Notes: generated by a model not told the origin, from the sequence alone. Shown: positions 47,096 through 57,556, numbered from the stretch's first letter. The stretch is DNA of 64,000 nt from an uncultured Opitutales bacterium (GCA_900548275.1 URJY01000003.1:30167-94166); one strand, 5' to 3'. A program made the numbers and translations.

Positions 47096-47425
47096 CTATA
47101 AAATTATTTTTGCGGCAAGCCCGAGCAAAGCCGAAAACGCCGCCGCCGTCGTGAACGTCGCGCCGCCGAGCGAATAGTGCGCGTAGAGGAAAAATCCCGC
47201 AAAGGCGAAGCCCTTGAATACGAGGAAATTCGACGGACGCATTTTCGCCGCGAACCCGATTGCCGCGAGCACGTCGAGCACCGCCGAAACTTTCGCCGCA
47301 ACCGCCGTTGCGCCCGCGCCGAAATCGAGGCAGAGCAGGGCAGCCGCCTCCGCGAGCAGAGCTGCCGCGAACAGGAAATCCGCAACACACCGAGCTTTTG
47401 CCTTGCCGTTTTTTCCCGCGCTCAT
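47096..47425 (-). CDS. Small Ala-rich membrane protein (hypothetical)
   Basis: 109-aa ORF; 3 predicted TM helices; overlaps nadK stop by 4 nt. Confidence 0.4.
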   Translation of the reverse strand: MSAGKNGKAKARCVADFLFAAALLAEAAALLCLDFGAGATAVAAKVSAVLDVLAAIGFAAKMRPSNFLVFKGFAFAGFFLYAHYSLGGATFTTAAAFSALLGLAAKIIL

Positions 47426-48255
47426 CGTTCGTATCTGCGCGGGTCTTCAGCCCAGCCGAGTTTGTTTCTGAGGATTGCGAAGTGCGAGTGCCCGCGCAGG
47501 CGCACGAATTTCAGCGCATTCGGAGGCATCGAAATTTCGACTTCCGAGCCTTTCGTGAGCGTCGCCACTTTTTTGCCGTCGGCAATGAGCGCGCTCTCGC
47601 CGCTGACGCATTCAATCTTGATTTGCGCGCCGTAGTCGTAGACAAGACTGCGGTTCGAAAGGGTGTGCGGGCATATCGGGGTCATCACGAACACGCGTCC
47701 CTTGGGGTGGATTATCGGACCTCCCGCGGAGAGATTGTAGGCGGTCGAACCTGTGGGGGTCGAGAAAATCAGCCCGTCGCCCGCGTAGGTCGCGATGAAT
47801 TCCTTGTCGGCGGAAATCGAAAACTTCGATATTCCGTCGAGCCTTACGTCCTTGAATACGAGGTCGTTGAGCGCGGGGTAGCGTTTGCCCATATAGGTTG
47901 CCTCGAGCAGCGCGCGCTCGAGCACCCGCCGCTGCCCGCGCACGAGCGACAGAAATTCGTTTTCCGAAATTTCGTCGGTGTACGTCGCAAGAAACCCGAG
48001 CTTGCCGAGGTTGATTCCGAACACGGGCAGGTCGAAGCGCGCGAGTGCGGGCACGCACGAAAGAATAGTGCCGTCGCCGCCGATTACGCAACAGATATCC
48101 TTGTCTTTGAACGCGCTTTCGGGCACGGGGAAGTCGGCGCGGATTTCGTATTCTATGCCGTTTGCCGCCGCGAGTTTCGACAGCTTTTCCGCAATGACAT
48201 CCGCCGACTGCTTTGTCTTGTTTACAACGAAAAGGATTTTCTTATTTTCATCCAC
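47422..48255 (-). CDS. nadK: NAD+ kinase
   Basis: 277 aa; GGDGT motif (CVIGGDGTIL), NxG..G and DGxxxxTPTGSTAY motifs. Confidence 0.9.
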   Translation of the reverse strand: MDENKKILFVVNKTKQSADVIAEKLSKLAAANGIEYEIRADFPVPESAFKDKDICCVIGGDGTILSCVPALARFDLPVFGINLGKLGFLATYTDEISENEFLSLVRGQRRVLERALLEATYMGKRYPALNDLVFKDVRLDGISKFSISADKEFIATYAGDGLIFSTPTGSTAYNLSAGGPIIHPKGRVFVMTPICPHTLSNRSLVYDYGAQIKIECVSGESALIADGKKVATLTKGSEVEISMPPNALKFVRLRGHSHFAILRNKLGWAEDPRRYER

Positions 48256-48298
48256 GATATTAAAAAACTACAACCCGCGCATTTTGGCAACCGAAATT

Positions 48299-48706
48299 TC
48301 AGCCCTCCAGAGTCGGATATAAAATGTCGAAAAAAAGGATTCCCAGAAGCGCGAACGCCGCCGACAGCGCGACCGACAAAACCGCGGACTTCTTCGCGCC
48401 CGCCGCCCACAGATACACCGCGACCGCCGCGGACGCCGCGGAAACCCACGGCGACAGAAACGCAAGCCCCGCGACCGCGTACGAAGCGAGCGCGAGTATG
48501 TCGGAGGGCGCGTTTGCCGTCCGCGCGTCGGATTGCTCGAGTTCGTCCAAATCGACATCCTTCAGCGGAACGAACGCCGAATCTTTCGTGCCGATTTTGT
48601 GGAGCAGCCCGATTCTGCCGCGCGCGAGCATATCCCTGATTTCGGCAATCGAATAGGGCCCGCTCTCCGCGCCTTTCCACTCCAAGAGATAGATTTTTTT
48701 GTCCAT
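48299..48706 (-). CDS. Membrane protein with GYF-like/DUF4339-type N-terminal domain
   Basis: 135 aa; KIYLLEWKGAESGPYSIAEIRDM resembles the DUF4339 pattern; two C-terminal TM helices. Confidence 0.45.
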   Translation of the reverse strand: MDKKIYLLEWKGAESGPYSIAEIRDMLARGRIGLLHKIGTKDSAFVPLKDVDLDELEQSDARTANAPSDILALASYAVAGLAFLSPWVSAASAAVAVYLWAAGAKKSAVLSVALSAAFALLGILFFDILYPTLEG

Positions 48707-48712
48707 CGGAAC

Positions 48713-51484
48713 TTAGAGCGCGGCTTCGGCGAGAATTTCGCGCGTCGATTTTGTTTCGCAGAAAATGGGCGCAAGCGGCGCGAGTTTGCCCGCGCAGTCG
48801 GCGATTGTTTCGCCGATTTTTCCGAATCTGCCCGTCGCCGCGTCGACCGACCAGATTGCGCCTTTCGGCTCTTTGAACACCGATTCCGCGCCGTTTTCGT
48901 CGCAGATTCCCACGAGCAGAAGCGGATTTTTCGCGGCTATTTTCAACGCCTTTACGTGGGTTTGCGCGTCTCCGAGGTAGTCGGGCGCGGGCTCGGAATA
49001 CAGCTCGGCGTCCATCAGCTTCGCGCGGGAGTTCGATTCGAAAATCCACGAATAGTCGTTGAGCGGTTTGGAGTAGCGTTCGACCTTTTCCATCCGCTTT
49101 TTCGCAAGCGGCGAGTACTCGAGCAGCGTTTCCACGGGATGTGCCGCAAGTTTCGAGAAAATCGCGCCCTCGAGGTACGCCTTGAAAATCGGATTTGCCT
49201 TCGCCTTTGCTATCGTGTTCAGTGCTTCGAGCAGCGACTTTTCCGCAGCCTTTGCGTAGACATCCCTGCCGAGCTGCGACTCTGCGGGTTCTGTTTCGCC
49301 GCCGAGCAGCGAGCCGCGCGGCGGTCTGCCGTTGACGAAGTTCTTGCGGTAGATTTTCGAGGCGATGCGTCCGCCCGCGCCGATTTCGTCGACTTCCTGA
49401 ACGGTCTCCGAGCCGCCCGACCATTTGCGCGTTTTTTCGTTCAGTTTACCGACGGTGTAGACGCCGTAGCCGTCTTCGCGCGTGTATTTGTAGAGGTTGG
49501 TGAGCAGTCTGTTCGGCGGCAGGCTGTCGCGCGGCGCGATGCCCGCCGAATCGATTCTGTCGAAGCCCGTCTGCGTACCGAGTTCGGCGACCTGTCCGAG
49601 TTTTATAGCCCTTGCCGTCTCGGCGATTTTGGAAAGTTTGCGCGCGTAGTTTGCGGGCGTTGCTCCCGATTCGACAAGCATTTCGAGCGCGGCGAGGTAC
49701 TCCGAGGGCGTGCGCGAGGCGGCGAGCGATTCGCGCAGTTTGTCGAAGCGGTCGTATCTGTTTTTCGCCTCCGACGCCTTGACCGAGATTTCGCCGAATT
49801 TTTCGATGTCGAGCTTGTGCGCCCTGAATGTCGGGCTTACGTCCTCCATAAGCGGTCGGAGCACTTTCAGCACGGCGTCGGCGTCTCTGTCGATGTCGGC
49901 TTTCGACCGCGCGAAGTTCTCGTATTCTTCGGCGATTTTCTCGTATTTTGCAAGTCCCGTTTTGACCGCCTTTGCGTTCGCGATTTTGCGCGCGTCGATT
50001 GCGTCGGCTATTTTCGAGGAGAGCTCGTCGATTTTGTCGCGCGCGTCCGCCTGTTCCGCAGGGGGAAGGGAGGGCAGGTCGGTGTAGAGCGACTGCAGTT
50101 CGGTTTTTGCCGTGTCGAAGGCTTTCGATTTTGCCGTTGCGAAATCCGTCGCCGAGATTTTCGAGAGTATGCGAGCGATTCGCTCCGAGCGTTTTTTCGC
50201 CACTGTCGCGTTTTCCTTTACGAGCGCGAGGCGGCTTGCGAATTTCGACTTCGCAAGCTGCGGATATTTTCTTTCGAATTCGTCGATTTTTCCGAACAGC
50301 GATTTCGGGTTGTTCGAAACCTCCATCTCGACGAGCGCGTTTTCCGCCGAGCGCGCCGCCTCCGAGTCTCGGGCGAACTGCCAAGCGTAGAACGAACCCG
50401 TGCCGATTGCCGACACCGCCGCGAGCGTCGCAAGCGTCTTGAGAGTCCGCGACAGTGCGAGCTTGCGCCTGAGGGCGGAGAGTTCGGCGCGGAGACGTTT
50501 TTCCGTTTCGGGGTCGGGCGCGTCGGCGGCTTCGGCTGCGAGGGCTTCGAGCTTTGCGAGCCTGCGCTTTGCGCTTTCGGATGCGCGCGGCTTCTCAAGC
50601 TCAATCCGCAGCAGGTTGCAGGCGCGCGCCGCCTTTTCCGCCGCGATTACGGCGTTTTGTCTTTCGGCGATTTCGTCCGAAATTTTTTCGACAAATGCAA
50701 GTTCCGCCGCGTCGAAATCCGCCGTGTTTCTGTCGAGGTTAAGCTCGTTTACGAGGTCGGAGGCTTTCGCCAAGTCGCGGTCGATGTCGATTTTTTCGAG
50801 TTCTCCGATTATCTCGGCGCGCCGCGCGCGTTCGAGTTCCGCCTGTCGGTTGCGGTTGAATTTTGCCGCTTCGAGCCAGACGTGATTGTCCGCGAGCAGT
50901 TCGGCGTCGGCTTCCAGTTCGCCGCAGAGCTTCGACACGGCTTCGGCGTCTTCCCTGCGCAGGGCGCGTTCGAGCAGGGCAAGCCTGCCGTCGGCGACGC
51001 GCTTGCGCAGGCGGTCGTACTCGCGCCGCGCTTCGGCGTCGTAGGCGTTGATTTTCGAAATCGTCTTGATTACCGCCAACGCCTCGGGGTAGCGGCGCAG
51101 GCGCATAGCCCTGCGGTAGTCGCGGTATAGCGGGTGGTTTTGCGAAACGCCCTTCGAGTAGAGCGAGTTGACAAGGGAAATTTGTTCGTCGTCGAAAGGC
51201 GGCGGAACGGGGAGGTTGTGGGCGGCGCAGAAGTCGCGCCACTGTCCGAGTTCGGGGAAGACAAGGGCGTTGAGCCTGTCGAGCAGGTCGGACGATTCCG
51301 CAACCTGCAGGGCGGGATATTCGCGCCCCGCCCTTATCAGCGCGACGCAGTGCTCGAGCTGCGTTTCGGCGTCGGCGCAGAGCTTGTAGTATTCGAGCGC
51401 GACCGCTCTCTTTTGCATTTCCGACGCCTCTGAGCGTCCGCCGAGAACGGCTTGGATTTTGACCGTCAAAAGTTGTGGAGTCAT
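48713..51484 (-). CDS. Large (923 aa) coiled-coil protein with one TM segment; hypothetical
   Basis: E/K/A/R-rich heptad-like sequence; TM LKTLATLAAVSAIGTGSFYAW. Real coding strand was chosen over the Arg-rich antisense ORF 48533..51130. Confidence 0.6.
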   Translation of the reverse strand: MTPQLLTVKIQAVLGGRSEASEMQKRAVALEYYKLCADAETQLEHCVALIRAGREYPALQVAESSDLLDRLNALVFPELGQWRDFCAAHNLPVPPPFDDEQISLVNSLYSKGVSQNHPLYRDYRRAMRLRRYPEALAVIKTISKINAYDAEARREYDRLRKRVADGRLALLERALRREDAEAVSKLCGELEADAELLADNHVWLEAAKFNRNRQAELERARRAEIIGELEKIDIDRDLAKASDLVNELNLDRNTADFDAAELAFVEKISDEIAERQNAVIAAEKAARACNLLRIELEKPRASESAKRRLAKLEALAAEAADAPDPETEKRLRAELSALRRKLALSRTLKTLATLAAVSAIGTGSFYAWQFARDSEAARSAENALVEMEVSNNPKSLFGKIDEFERKYPQLAKSKFASRLALVKENATVAKKRSERIARILSKISATDFATAKSKAFDTAKTELQSLYTDLPSLPPAEQADARDKIDELSSKIADAIDARKIANAKAVKTGLAKYEKIAEEYENFARSKADIDRDADAVLKVLRPLMEDVSPTFRAHKLDIEKFGEISVKASEAKNRYDRFDKLRESLAASRTPSEYLAALEMLVESGATPANYARKLSKIAETARAIKLGQVAELGTQTGFDRIDSAGIAPRDSLPPNRLLTNLYKYTREDGYGVYTVGKLNEKTRKWSGGSETVQEVDEIGAGGRIASKIYRKNFVNGRPPRGSLLGGETEPAESQLGRDVYAKAAEKSLLEALNTIAKAKANPIFKAYLEGAIFSKLAAHPVETLLEYSPLAKKRMEKVERYSKPLNDYSWIFESNSRAKLMDAELYSEPAPDYLGDAQTHVKALKIAAKNPLLLVGICDENGAESVFKEPKGAIWSVDAATGRFGKIGETIADCAGKLAPLAPIFCETKSTREILAEAAL

Positions 51485-52821
51485 TTTGTCGATATTGTGT
51501 CGTTTAAAGTTTTAAGTTTTGCCTTGCGGGCTTCGATTCTCTCGATTCCGTCGACGGCGAGTGCCCGCGCCGCCTTTTCGACGTTTTCGCGCACCTTTTC
51601 GATGTCGGATTTAGAGGGCGAGCCGATTGCGAGCAGGTTCTCGGCTTGGCGCATCAGAACGTCCGCCCGCGTGGCGATGTCTTCGAGGATGTCGCGCCGC
51701 AGCGACGGTTCGCCCGCGGCTTTGGGCGATTCGTCCCAGAATTTCAGCGCGTCTTCGTATTTGTCTTCGGCGATTTTCCCGCGCACGATTTCCATCGTCT
51801 GCGAGAGCGTCATTGCGCTTTTCGGCTTTTGCCGCGCCGTTGTCGCGCCGCCCGATTCCGCCCGATTTTCCGAAAGCTCGAGCTTGGGCAGTTCAGACGG
51901 CGTACCGCGCGGATGCGCCGAGTCTTCCGATGCGGCGGGAAGCAAAAGCCACGCCGCAGCGGCAATCGCGCACAGCGTTATAGCCGCCGACGCCGCGTAC
52001 AGCGGCTTGAAATTTGTCTGTTTCGTTTCGACAACCTGCAGGCGCGTTGCGGGTTTGGGCGCGGAGACTTTCAGGTTGTACTTTTCGCGGTTTGTCATGA
52101 CGCCCGTCGCGGCGTACTGTGCGGCGCGCGACTGCGGCGCGGGCGGTGCCGATTTCGCGGAAAGGTTTATCGGCGCGGAGAGTTCGTCGGGGGCGGCACG
52201 CCACAGGAATGCGGCGTCGTTTTCGGAGCGCGAGGTGGTGAATGTCGGTTCCCACGCGTCGAGCGGATTTACGTTCAGCAGCAGGCTTTCCGAAAAGAGG
52301 TCGAGGAGTGTGCGCGCCCGACTTACGTCCGCGCAAATCGTCGCGGGGTGACCGTCGAGCAGTGCCGCCTTTGCGGGGTTGCCGAAAATGCGCTCCCAGT
52401 TTTTTGCGGGAAGCGAATTTTTCGCCGCGATTTTCTCGAGCCCTTCGACGTTGCCGACAAACCGAGGTTCGCCCTCCCATTTCGAGAGCCATCCGTTCCA
52501 CTGCGCCAGAATTTCGGCGGGGTTTGCGAGTTTTGCGGTTTCGCTTTGCGCAATCACGATGTGGTGGGCGATGTAGTTGTTGCGGTTTGTGTAGTCCGTC
52601 CCCGCGTCGCACATCCGCGTTAAAACGTGCCACGTTTCGCCGCCGTAGTTTACGGTTGCGTGCGAGAACACTTCGCCCTGTCCGACATCGTAGACGCCGC
52701 ACCTTTCGACTGCGGAGGCGAGTTTTTCGGGCATGGACTTCGAGCGGGCAACGGTCGAAAAGCCCGTTCTGCCCATTGTCAGCGATGTCGGCGAACTCGT
52801 GTAGATTAACTGGAATGCCAT
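51481..52821 (-). CDS. Hypothetical 446-aa protein with one TM segment and C-terminal coiled coil
   Basis: Start overlaps the upstream gene's stop region; TM LYAASAAITLCAIAAAAWLLL. Confidence 0.55.
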   Translation of the reverse strand: MAFQLIYTSSPTSLTMGRTGFSTVARSKSMPEKLASAVERCGVYDVGQGEVFSHATVNYGGETWHVLTRMCDAGTDYTNRNNYIAHHIVIAQSETAKLANPAEILAQWNGWLSKWEGEPRFVGNVEGLEKIAAKNSLPAKNWERIFGNPAKAALLDGHPATICADVSRARTLLDLFSESLLLNVNPLDAWEPTFTTSRSENDAAFLWRAAPDELSAPINLSAKSAPPAPQSRAAQYAATGVMTNREKYNLKVSAPKPATRLQVVETKQTNFKPLYAASAAITLCAIAAAAWLLLPAASEDSAHPRGTPSELPKLELSENRAESGGATTARQKPKSAMTLSQTMEIVRGKIAEDKYEDALKFWDESPKAAGEPSLRRDILEDIATRADVLMRQAENLLAIGSPSKSDIEKVRENVEKAARALAVDGIERIEARKAKLKTLNDTISTK

Positions 52822-52825
52822 TGCT

Positions 52826-54568
52826 TTATCCTTCGACCGTCGGGATTAGTTTTGTCGATTGCGACAACGCCCAGATTGCGGGAATTTCCACGTCTATCGG
52901 GTTTATCTTTTCTGGAATCGGCGCGATTTTCCCCGCGCACGGGCCTTCGAGCAGCATTTTCGGCGAGTGTCCGAGTGCGCTCACGGCGAAGTAGCGTATG
53001 TTGTCGGAAACCGACTCCGCGCTTGCGGGGATTGTCGGGTCTATCGAAATCAAAAAGTCGCGCAAAATTTTGCTGTTGTGGTCGACTGCGGCGAGGTCGA
53101 GTTTTCCGCCGACGACGGTTTCGCGCAGCGGCTGCGGCAGGAGGTCGCGCCAGATGTCGCACTTGCCTATCAGGATTGCCAGCGGCGTGGAAATCTTCTT
53201 CGACGGCTCTATTGCCAGAATGCGCTTTATGCGCACTTCCATTTCGGAAAGGATTGTGTCCTGTTGGTCGAGCCTGCCGTCGATTGTCAACTGCGGGTCG
53301 GGGTGGTTGCCGATTCGCGCCTTGAAATTGCGGTTTGCGGCGGGGTCGAAAAGGAACAGTATCGCCGAAGAGCTTGCAACGTGCATTGCCCCCGGAGATT
53401 CCTCTATGTCGAGCCCCGGTTCGAAATGCTCGCCCGCGTTGTCGTAGAAAATCAGCGAAGTGCCCTCTACGCCGTCGCGCGAGACCGAATAGGTCATCGG
53501 TTTCGGCAGCGCAACCATCTTGCCGAAACGCGGGTAGCGTTCATACATCAGCCCCTCGAGCGCGGTCTTTGCCAGAATTGCGTCTTCGGGATTTTTCGCC
53601 GAAAAAAGGCTGTTTTTCATCTGCGTCAGGAGCATATTGCCAGACGGGTCGAGGTCTTTGAGCACAAGCCCGAAATTTTTGTAGAGCGAGCCTTGTAGCT
53701 GCCGTATCAATGCGCTAAGATAGTACGATTTCCCCGAGCTCGGCGCGCCTACAATCGAGAAGATTTTTCTGTCCAGTTCGAGATAGTTCGGCGGAAGCTT
53801 TTTGCGGCAGTGCGGGCAGGCGACATCGGGCGCGGGCATTCCCGCGGGGTCGAGCGGCACGCCGTCGTCGTTGAACGATGTCGGCAGGAAGCGCAGCATT
53901 TCGTCGGGCCCGAGTACGGGGTCGCCGCGCAGGCTTTCGTGCACGGCTATGCTCATCGCGTCGCCCACGTCGAACTTCAGCCAACAGAGCGGGCAGGTTA
54001 CCGCTTCGGCGTTTTCCGAAAGCATGGGCACGGTCGAGCGAATCTGCGTGTTGTCGTCGTCGCCGAACAGGGCGGTGAACATAAAGCCGAGTTCGAAATT
54101 CTTCGGGCAGACGGCGATTCCCTCGCCGCTGAGTCCGCGCCCGAGCACCGACTGTTTGAGCCGCGCAAACGGAACTTCGTCTTCAATGCGCCCCGACTCC
54201 GCGTAGAACACGAGCCACTTCGATACGTCCATCTTCTTGGCGCGCTCGAGCGTCTGCGGGTCGTCTATTATATAGAAGAGCCTGTCGCCCACCTGCAGCG
54301 TCGCGGCGGGCGCGTCCATTTCGTAGGAGTCGGCAATGCGCGTGCCGTTGATTTTTACGGCGATGTCGGCGTCGGCGGGCGCGAGCACAACGTTTCCGCC
54401 CTTCGACTTCGAAATTTCGACAAACGGCGACGAACTGTCGGTCGTTATCGAACCCCCGTCTCCGCCTATCCTTGCGGGAAATTTCGAAATTTCGAGTATC
54501 GACGCGTCTGCACAGTCGACCACGTATGCGCTGCGCCGGTTTTTCCTGTTTTTTCCAAATCCGAACAT
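52826..54568 (-). CDS. FHA-domain + P-loop GTPase-like protein
   Basis: Start taken at M62 of the tracked ORF (54568), because the N-terminal 61 codons would overlap the divergent MBL gene's start region. FHA-like segment near N-terminus. G1 GAPSSGKSYY, G3 DNAGE, G4 GKCD. Confidence 0.65.
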   Translation of the reverse strand: MFGFGKNRKNRRSAYVVDCADASILEISKFPARIGGDGGSITTDSSSPFVEISKSKGGNVVLAPADADIAVKINGTRIADSYEMDAPAATLQVGDRLFYIIDDPQTLERAKKMDVSKWLVFYAESGRIEDEVPFARLKQSVLGRGLSGEGIAVCPKNFELGFMFTALFGDDDNTQIRSTVPMLSENAEAVTCPLCWLKFDVGDAMSIAVHESLRGDPVLGPDEMLRFLPTSFNDDGVPLDPAGMPAPDVACPHCRKKLPPNYLELDRKIFSIVGAPSSGKSYYLSALIRQLQGSLYKNFGLVLKDLDPSGNMLLTQMKNSLFSAKNPEDAILAKTALEGLMYERYPRFGKMVALPKPMTYSVSRDGVEGTSLIFYDNAGEHFEPGLDIEESPGAMHVASSSAILFLFDPAANRNFKARIGNHPDPQLTIDGRLDQQDTILSEMEVRIKRILAIEPSKKISTPLAILIGKCDIWRDLLPQPLRETVVGGKLDLAAVDHNSKILRDFLISIDPTIPASAESVSDNIRYFAVSALGHSPKMLLEGPCAGKIAPIPEKINPIDVEIPAIWALSQSTKLIPTVEG

Positions 54569-54743
54569 AGTTGTTTTTTCTGGAGAAGTTTTTAGCCGAA
54601 CACTCCGATTTTGGCAAACATTTTTTGGCATTTTCGGGGGCGTTTTGCGGCGGCGGATTTTCTCCGTCTGGGCGTCGAAAATGGTTGACTGGAGCGCGAA
54701 AAGTTTTTCCCTTCGGTTTTCGAATTCGGACTGGTTTTCGGCG

Positions 54744-55553
54744 ATGAACAAAATAACAATACTCGGAACTGGAAACGCCGTGGTCGACCGCTGCTACAAC
54801 ACCTGCTTTGTGTTGGAAACGTCGGCGACAAAACTGCTCGTGGACGCGGGCGGCGGCAACGGCATACTCCGTCGGCTGAAAGAGGCGGGCATATCGATAG
54901 CCGACATCCACCACCTTTTCATAACGCACGCCCACATCGACCACATTTTGGGCGCGGTTTGGATTGTCAGAATGGTTGCGCAATGCGCTGGATACGATGG
55001 CGTTCTCAATGTCTACGGCAACGACAAAGTGCAGTCCGTGTTGCGGACAATCGTCGATATGACGCTTGCAAAAAAGCAGCTTGCAAAAGTCGCCGAGCGC
55101 GTGGCATTCCGCGAATTGCGCGACGGCGAAAAGTTCGCGGCGGGAGAGATCGCCATGCAGTGCTTCGACATTCATTCCGCGAAGGAAAAGCAGTTCGGCT
55201 TCCGCGCCGAGCTGCCGACGGACGCGCAGCATCCGCCGCTTTCGGTGGTCTGTCTCGGCGACGAGCCGTACAATCAGGCAAATCACGCCGTTGTGGAGCG
55301 TTGCGACTGGCTTCTTTGCGAGGCGTTCTGTCTTTATTCCGACCGCGAAAAGTTCAAGCCCTACGAGAAAAACCACAGCACCGCGTTGGACGCGGGCAGG
55401 CTCGCTTCGGAACTCGGCGCAAAAAATCTGCTTTTGTACCACACCGAAGACAGGACGCTCGAGATCCGCCGCGAAAACTACACGCGCGAGGCTGCGCAAA
55501 ACTTCGGCGGGCGAATCGTCGTTCCCGACGATATGGATGTTGTTGAATTGTAA
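54744..55553 (+). CDS. MBL-fold metallo-hydrolase
   Basis: Start at ATG 54744 (MNKITILGTGNAVV); HxHxDH motif ITHAHIDH. Confidence 0.8.
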   Translation: MNKITILGTGNAVVDRCYNTCFVLETSATKLLVDAGGGNGILRRLKEAGISIADIHHLFITHAHIDHILGAVWIVRMVAQCAGYDGVLNVYGNDKVQSVLRTIVDMTLAKKQLAKVAERVAFRELRDGEKFAAGEIAMQCFDIHSAKEKQFGFRAELPTDAQHPPLSVVCLGDEPYNQANHAVVERCDWLLCEAFCLYSDREKFKPYEKNHSTALDAGRLASELGAKNLLLYHTEDRTLEIRRENYTREAAQNFGGRIVVPDDMDVVEL

Positions 55554-55721
55554 TCGGGCAGGGCGCGAAATGCTTAACCGTATCGGGAAAATTCCGATTC
55601 CGCCGACGGCTTTTTCTTCCTCGCGCGGATTGGATTTAAGCCGACCGAAAAAAATCCGAAAAATTTTTTGAAACGTTTTGACATCCAAAGCGTCTAATAC
55701 TATACCTACCTATATAGATTT

Positions 55722-56321
55722 ATGGCTAAATCAATTCAATCGACTTGTCCCGACACCCTCCTCGAACGCCTCAAGGGCGGCGACGATGTCGCATTCGGTG
55801 AGTTGGTGAACGAGAATTGGGACAAAATCTACAACCGCGCAAACAGCCTGCTCGACAACCGTCAGGATGCCGAAGAGGTTGCGCAGGACACTTTTATCAG
55901 GGCGCGCAAAAATATCGGCAATTTCCGCGGCGACTGCGCCATCACAACGTGGCTCTACCACATTGCCACAAACCTCGCCCACAACAAGCATTGGTACTGG
56001 TGGCGCAGAAAGCGCGGGCAGTCGATTTCGCTCGACACCCCGCTCGGCGACGAAGGCGATATGACCGTATGCGACACAATCGCGTCCGAGTCGCAGGATC
56101 CCGCCGACAGCGCGGTTTCGTCGGAGCTTGCCGAACTTCTGCCCCGCGCAATAGACGCGCTTCCGCAGAAATACGGCGAAGTTCTAAAACTCAGAAACTC
56201 CGAAGATTTAAGCTACGAGGAAATCGCCGAACGTCTGCATTTGAGCGTAGGCACGGTCAAGAGCCGCCTCTCCCGCGCCCGCGAATATCTGCGCGAAGAG
56301 CTGGACAAACTCCGCGCCTAA
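55722..56321 (+). CDS. ECF (sigma-24/RpoE-like) RNA polymerase sigma factor
   Basis: 199 aa; sigma-70 region 2 (FIRARKNIGNFRG...WLYHIATN) and region 4 HTH (LSYEEIAERLHLSVGTVKSRLSRAR). Confidence 0.9.
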   Translation: MAKSIQSTCPDTLLERLKGGDDVAFGELVNENWDKIYNRANSLLDNRQDAEEVAQDTFIRARKNIGNFRGDCAITTWLYHIATNLAHNKHWYWWRRKRGQSISLDTPLGDEGDMTVCDTIASESQDPADSAVSSELAELLPRAIDALPQKYGEVLKLRNSEDLSYEEIAERLHLSVGTVKSRLSRAREYLREELDKLRA

Positions 56322-56327
56322 TCTCCC

Positions 56328-56819
56328 ATGAAAATCTCGCGCGACAGATTCGACGAGATTGTTTCGGCATATCTCGACGGCGAAGCTTCGCCCGAAGAGC
56401 TCGATTTGCTCGCAAAGTGCATTCGCGACGACCGCCGAATGGCCGAGATTTTCTACAAAGCATGTCGAATCCACGCCGCAACCTGCGCAATGTACGGTAA
56501 AAAGGCGGTGTTCGCGCGGCTCGACGGCGTGAACTCGCCGTTCTATACGGCAAAGAAAACGTCGGCAATCCGCGCGGCGGCGGAATGGGCGGCGGTCGCG
56601 GTGCTTATGCTCACAAGTGCCTCTCTCGTGTGGCTCTGCCTCCAGACTATGCCCGACCGAAAAGCTCCGCAACCAGCGGCACTGGCAAAATCGTCCGCCC
56701 CCAAACAGAAGCAGCGCGTGGTGGTCGGCGAGACGATCGCAACCGAAAACGGCACGATTTACAGCATAATCACGCTCGAAAAGGTCGGTTCAATGCTCGA
56801 AAAACATCCCGAAGAGTAA
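56328..56819 (+). CDS. Anti-sigma factor (single TM)
   Basis: 163 aa; N-terminal YLDGEASPEE anti-sigma signature, one TM (WAAVAVLMLTSASLVWLCL). Starts 7 nt after the sigma-factor stop. Confidence 0.7.
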   Translation: MKISRDRFDEIVSAYLDGEASPEELDLLAKCIRDDRRMAEIFYKACRIHAATCAMYGKKAVFARLDGVNSPFYTAKKTSAIRAAAEWAAVAVLMLTSASLVWLCLQTMPDRKAPQPAALAKSSAPKQKQRVVVGETIATENGTIYSIITLEKVGSMLEKHPEE

Positions 56820-56975
56820 ATAGTGCGATTTCCGCGAATTTGTGGTTGATTTTTTAGAATTTTCGGATAGCTTCTACCCCCAATATTTTTTCAAAAGTTG
56901 AAAAACGAAGAAAAAATGCTTGCGAAGACAGGGCAACATCTATTTATTCCATTCTTTTGATAATTTTATAACACA

Positions 56976-57290
56976 ATGAAAGCGACAATCAAAATCCAAG
57001 GCAAACAGGTTACCGTCAGCGAAGGAGACATTATTTTTGTCAACCGTTTCGTCGATTCCAAGGCGGGAGACACAGTAGAAATCAAGGAAGTGCTAATGGT
57101 CGGCGACGGTGCGGACGCGAAGTTCGGTTCGCCCTATGTTGACGGCGCAAGCGTTTCCGCGAAAATCCTCGAAAACAAACGCGGCAAGAAGGTTGTAATC
57201 ATCAAGAAAAAGCGCAGAAAGGGTTACCAGCGCAAGCAGGGTCACCGCCAAGAGCTTTCCGTGATTAAGATTGAAGCCGTCAAGGCATAA
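56976..57290 (+). CDS. rplU: 50S ribosomal protein L21
   Basis: 104 aa; [24 protein letters not shown]... is unmistakably L21. Confidence 0.95.
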   Translation: MKATIKIQGKQVTVSEGDIIFVNRFVDSKAGDTVEIKEVLMVGDGADAKFGSPYVDGASVSAKILENKRGKKVVIIKKKRRKGYQRKQGHRQELSVIKIEAVKA

Positions 57291-57307
57291 GAAAGGAATA
57301 TCGACTT

Positions 57308-57556
57308 ATGGCACATAAAAAGGGTCAGGGTAGCGCAAAGAACGGACGCGATTCGCACGCACAGCGTCTTGGTGTCAAGAAATTCGGCGACGAATTTGTC
57401 TTGGCAGGCAACATCATTATGCGTCAATGCGGCACGAAAGTCCACCCCGGCGAAAACGTCGGAATGGGTAAAGACTACACTTTGTTCGCCCTCAAGGACG
57501 GCATCGTAAAGTGGGACGGCGCACACAGAAAAGTGTCGGTTGTCGTTTCGGAATAG
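57308..57556 (+). CDS. rpmA: 50S ribosomal protein L27
   Basis: 82 aa; [29 protein letters not shown]... is L27. Confidence 0.95.
   Translation: MAHKKGQGSAKNGRDSHAQRLGVKKFGDEFVLAGNIIMRQCGTKVHPGENVGMGKDYTLFALKDGIVKWDGAHRKVSVVVSE

Noticed and set aside
48533-51130. 865-aa plus-strand ORF opposite the 923-aa coiled-coil gene; also 48222..49424 and 49446..50384 minus-frame ORFs
   Set aside because: R/F/V/G-rich low-complexity sequence, the mirror image of an E/K/A-rich coiled-coil gene. Only the 48713..51484 frame reads as a real protein.
52859-54595. Plus-strand ORFs 52859..53698 and 53810..54595 antisense to the FHA-GTPase gene
   Set aside because: Antisense artefacts. The minus-strand frame carries FHA and G1/G3/G4 motifs.
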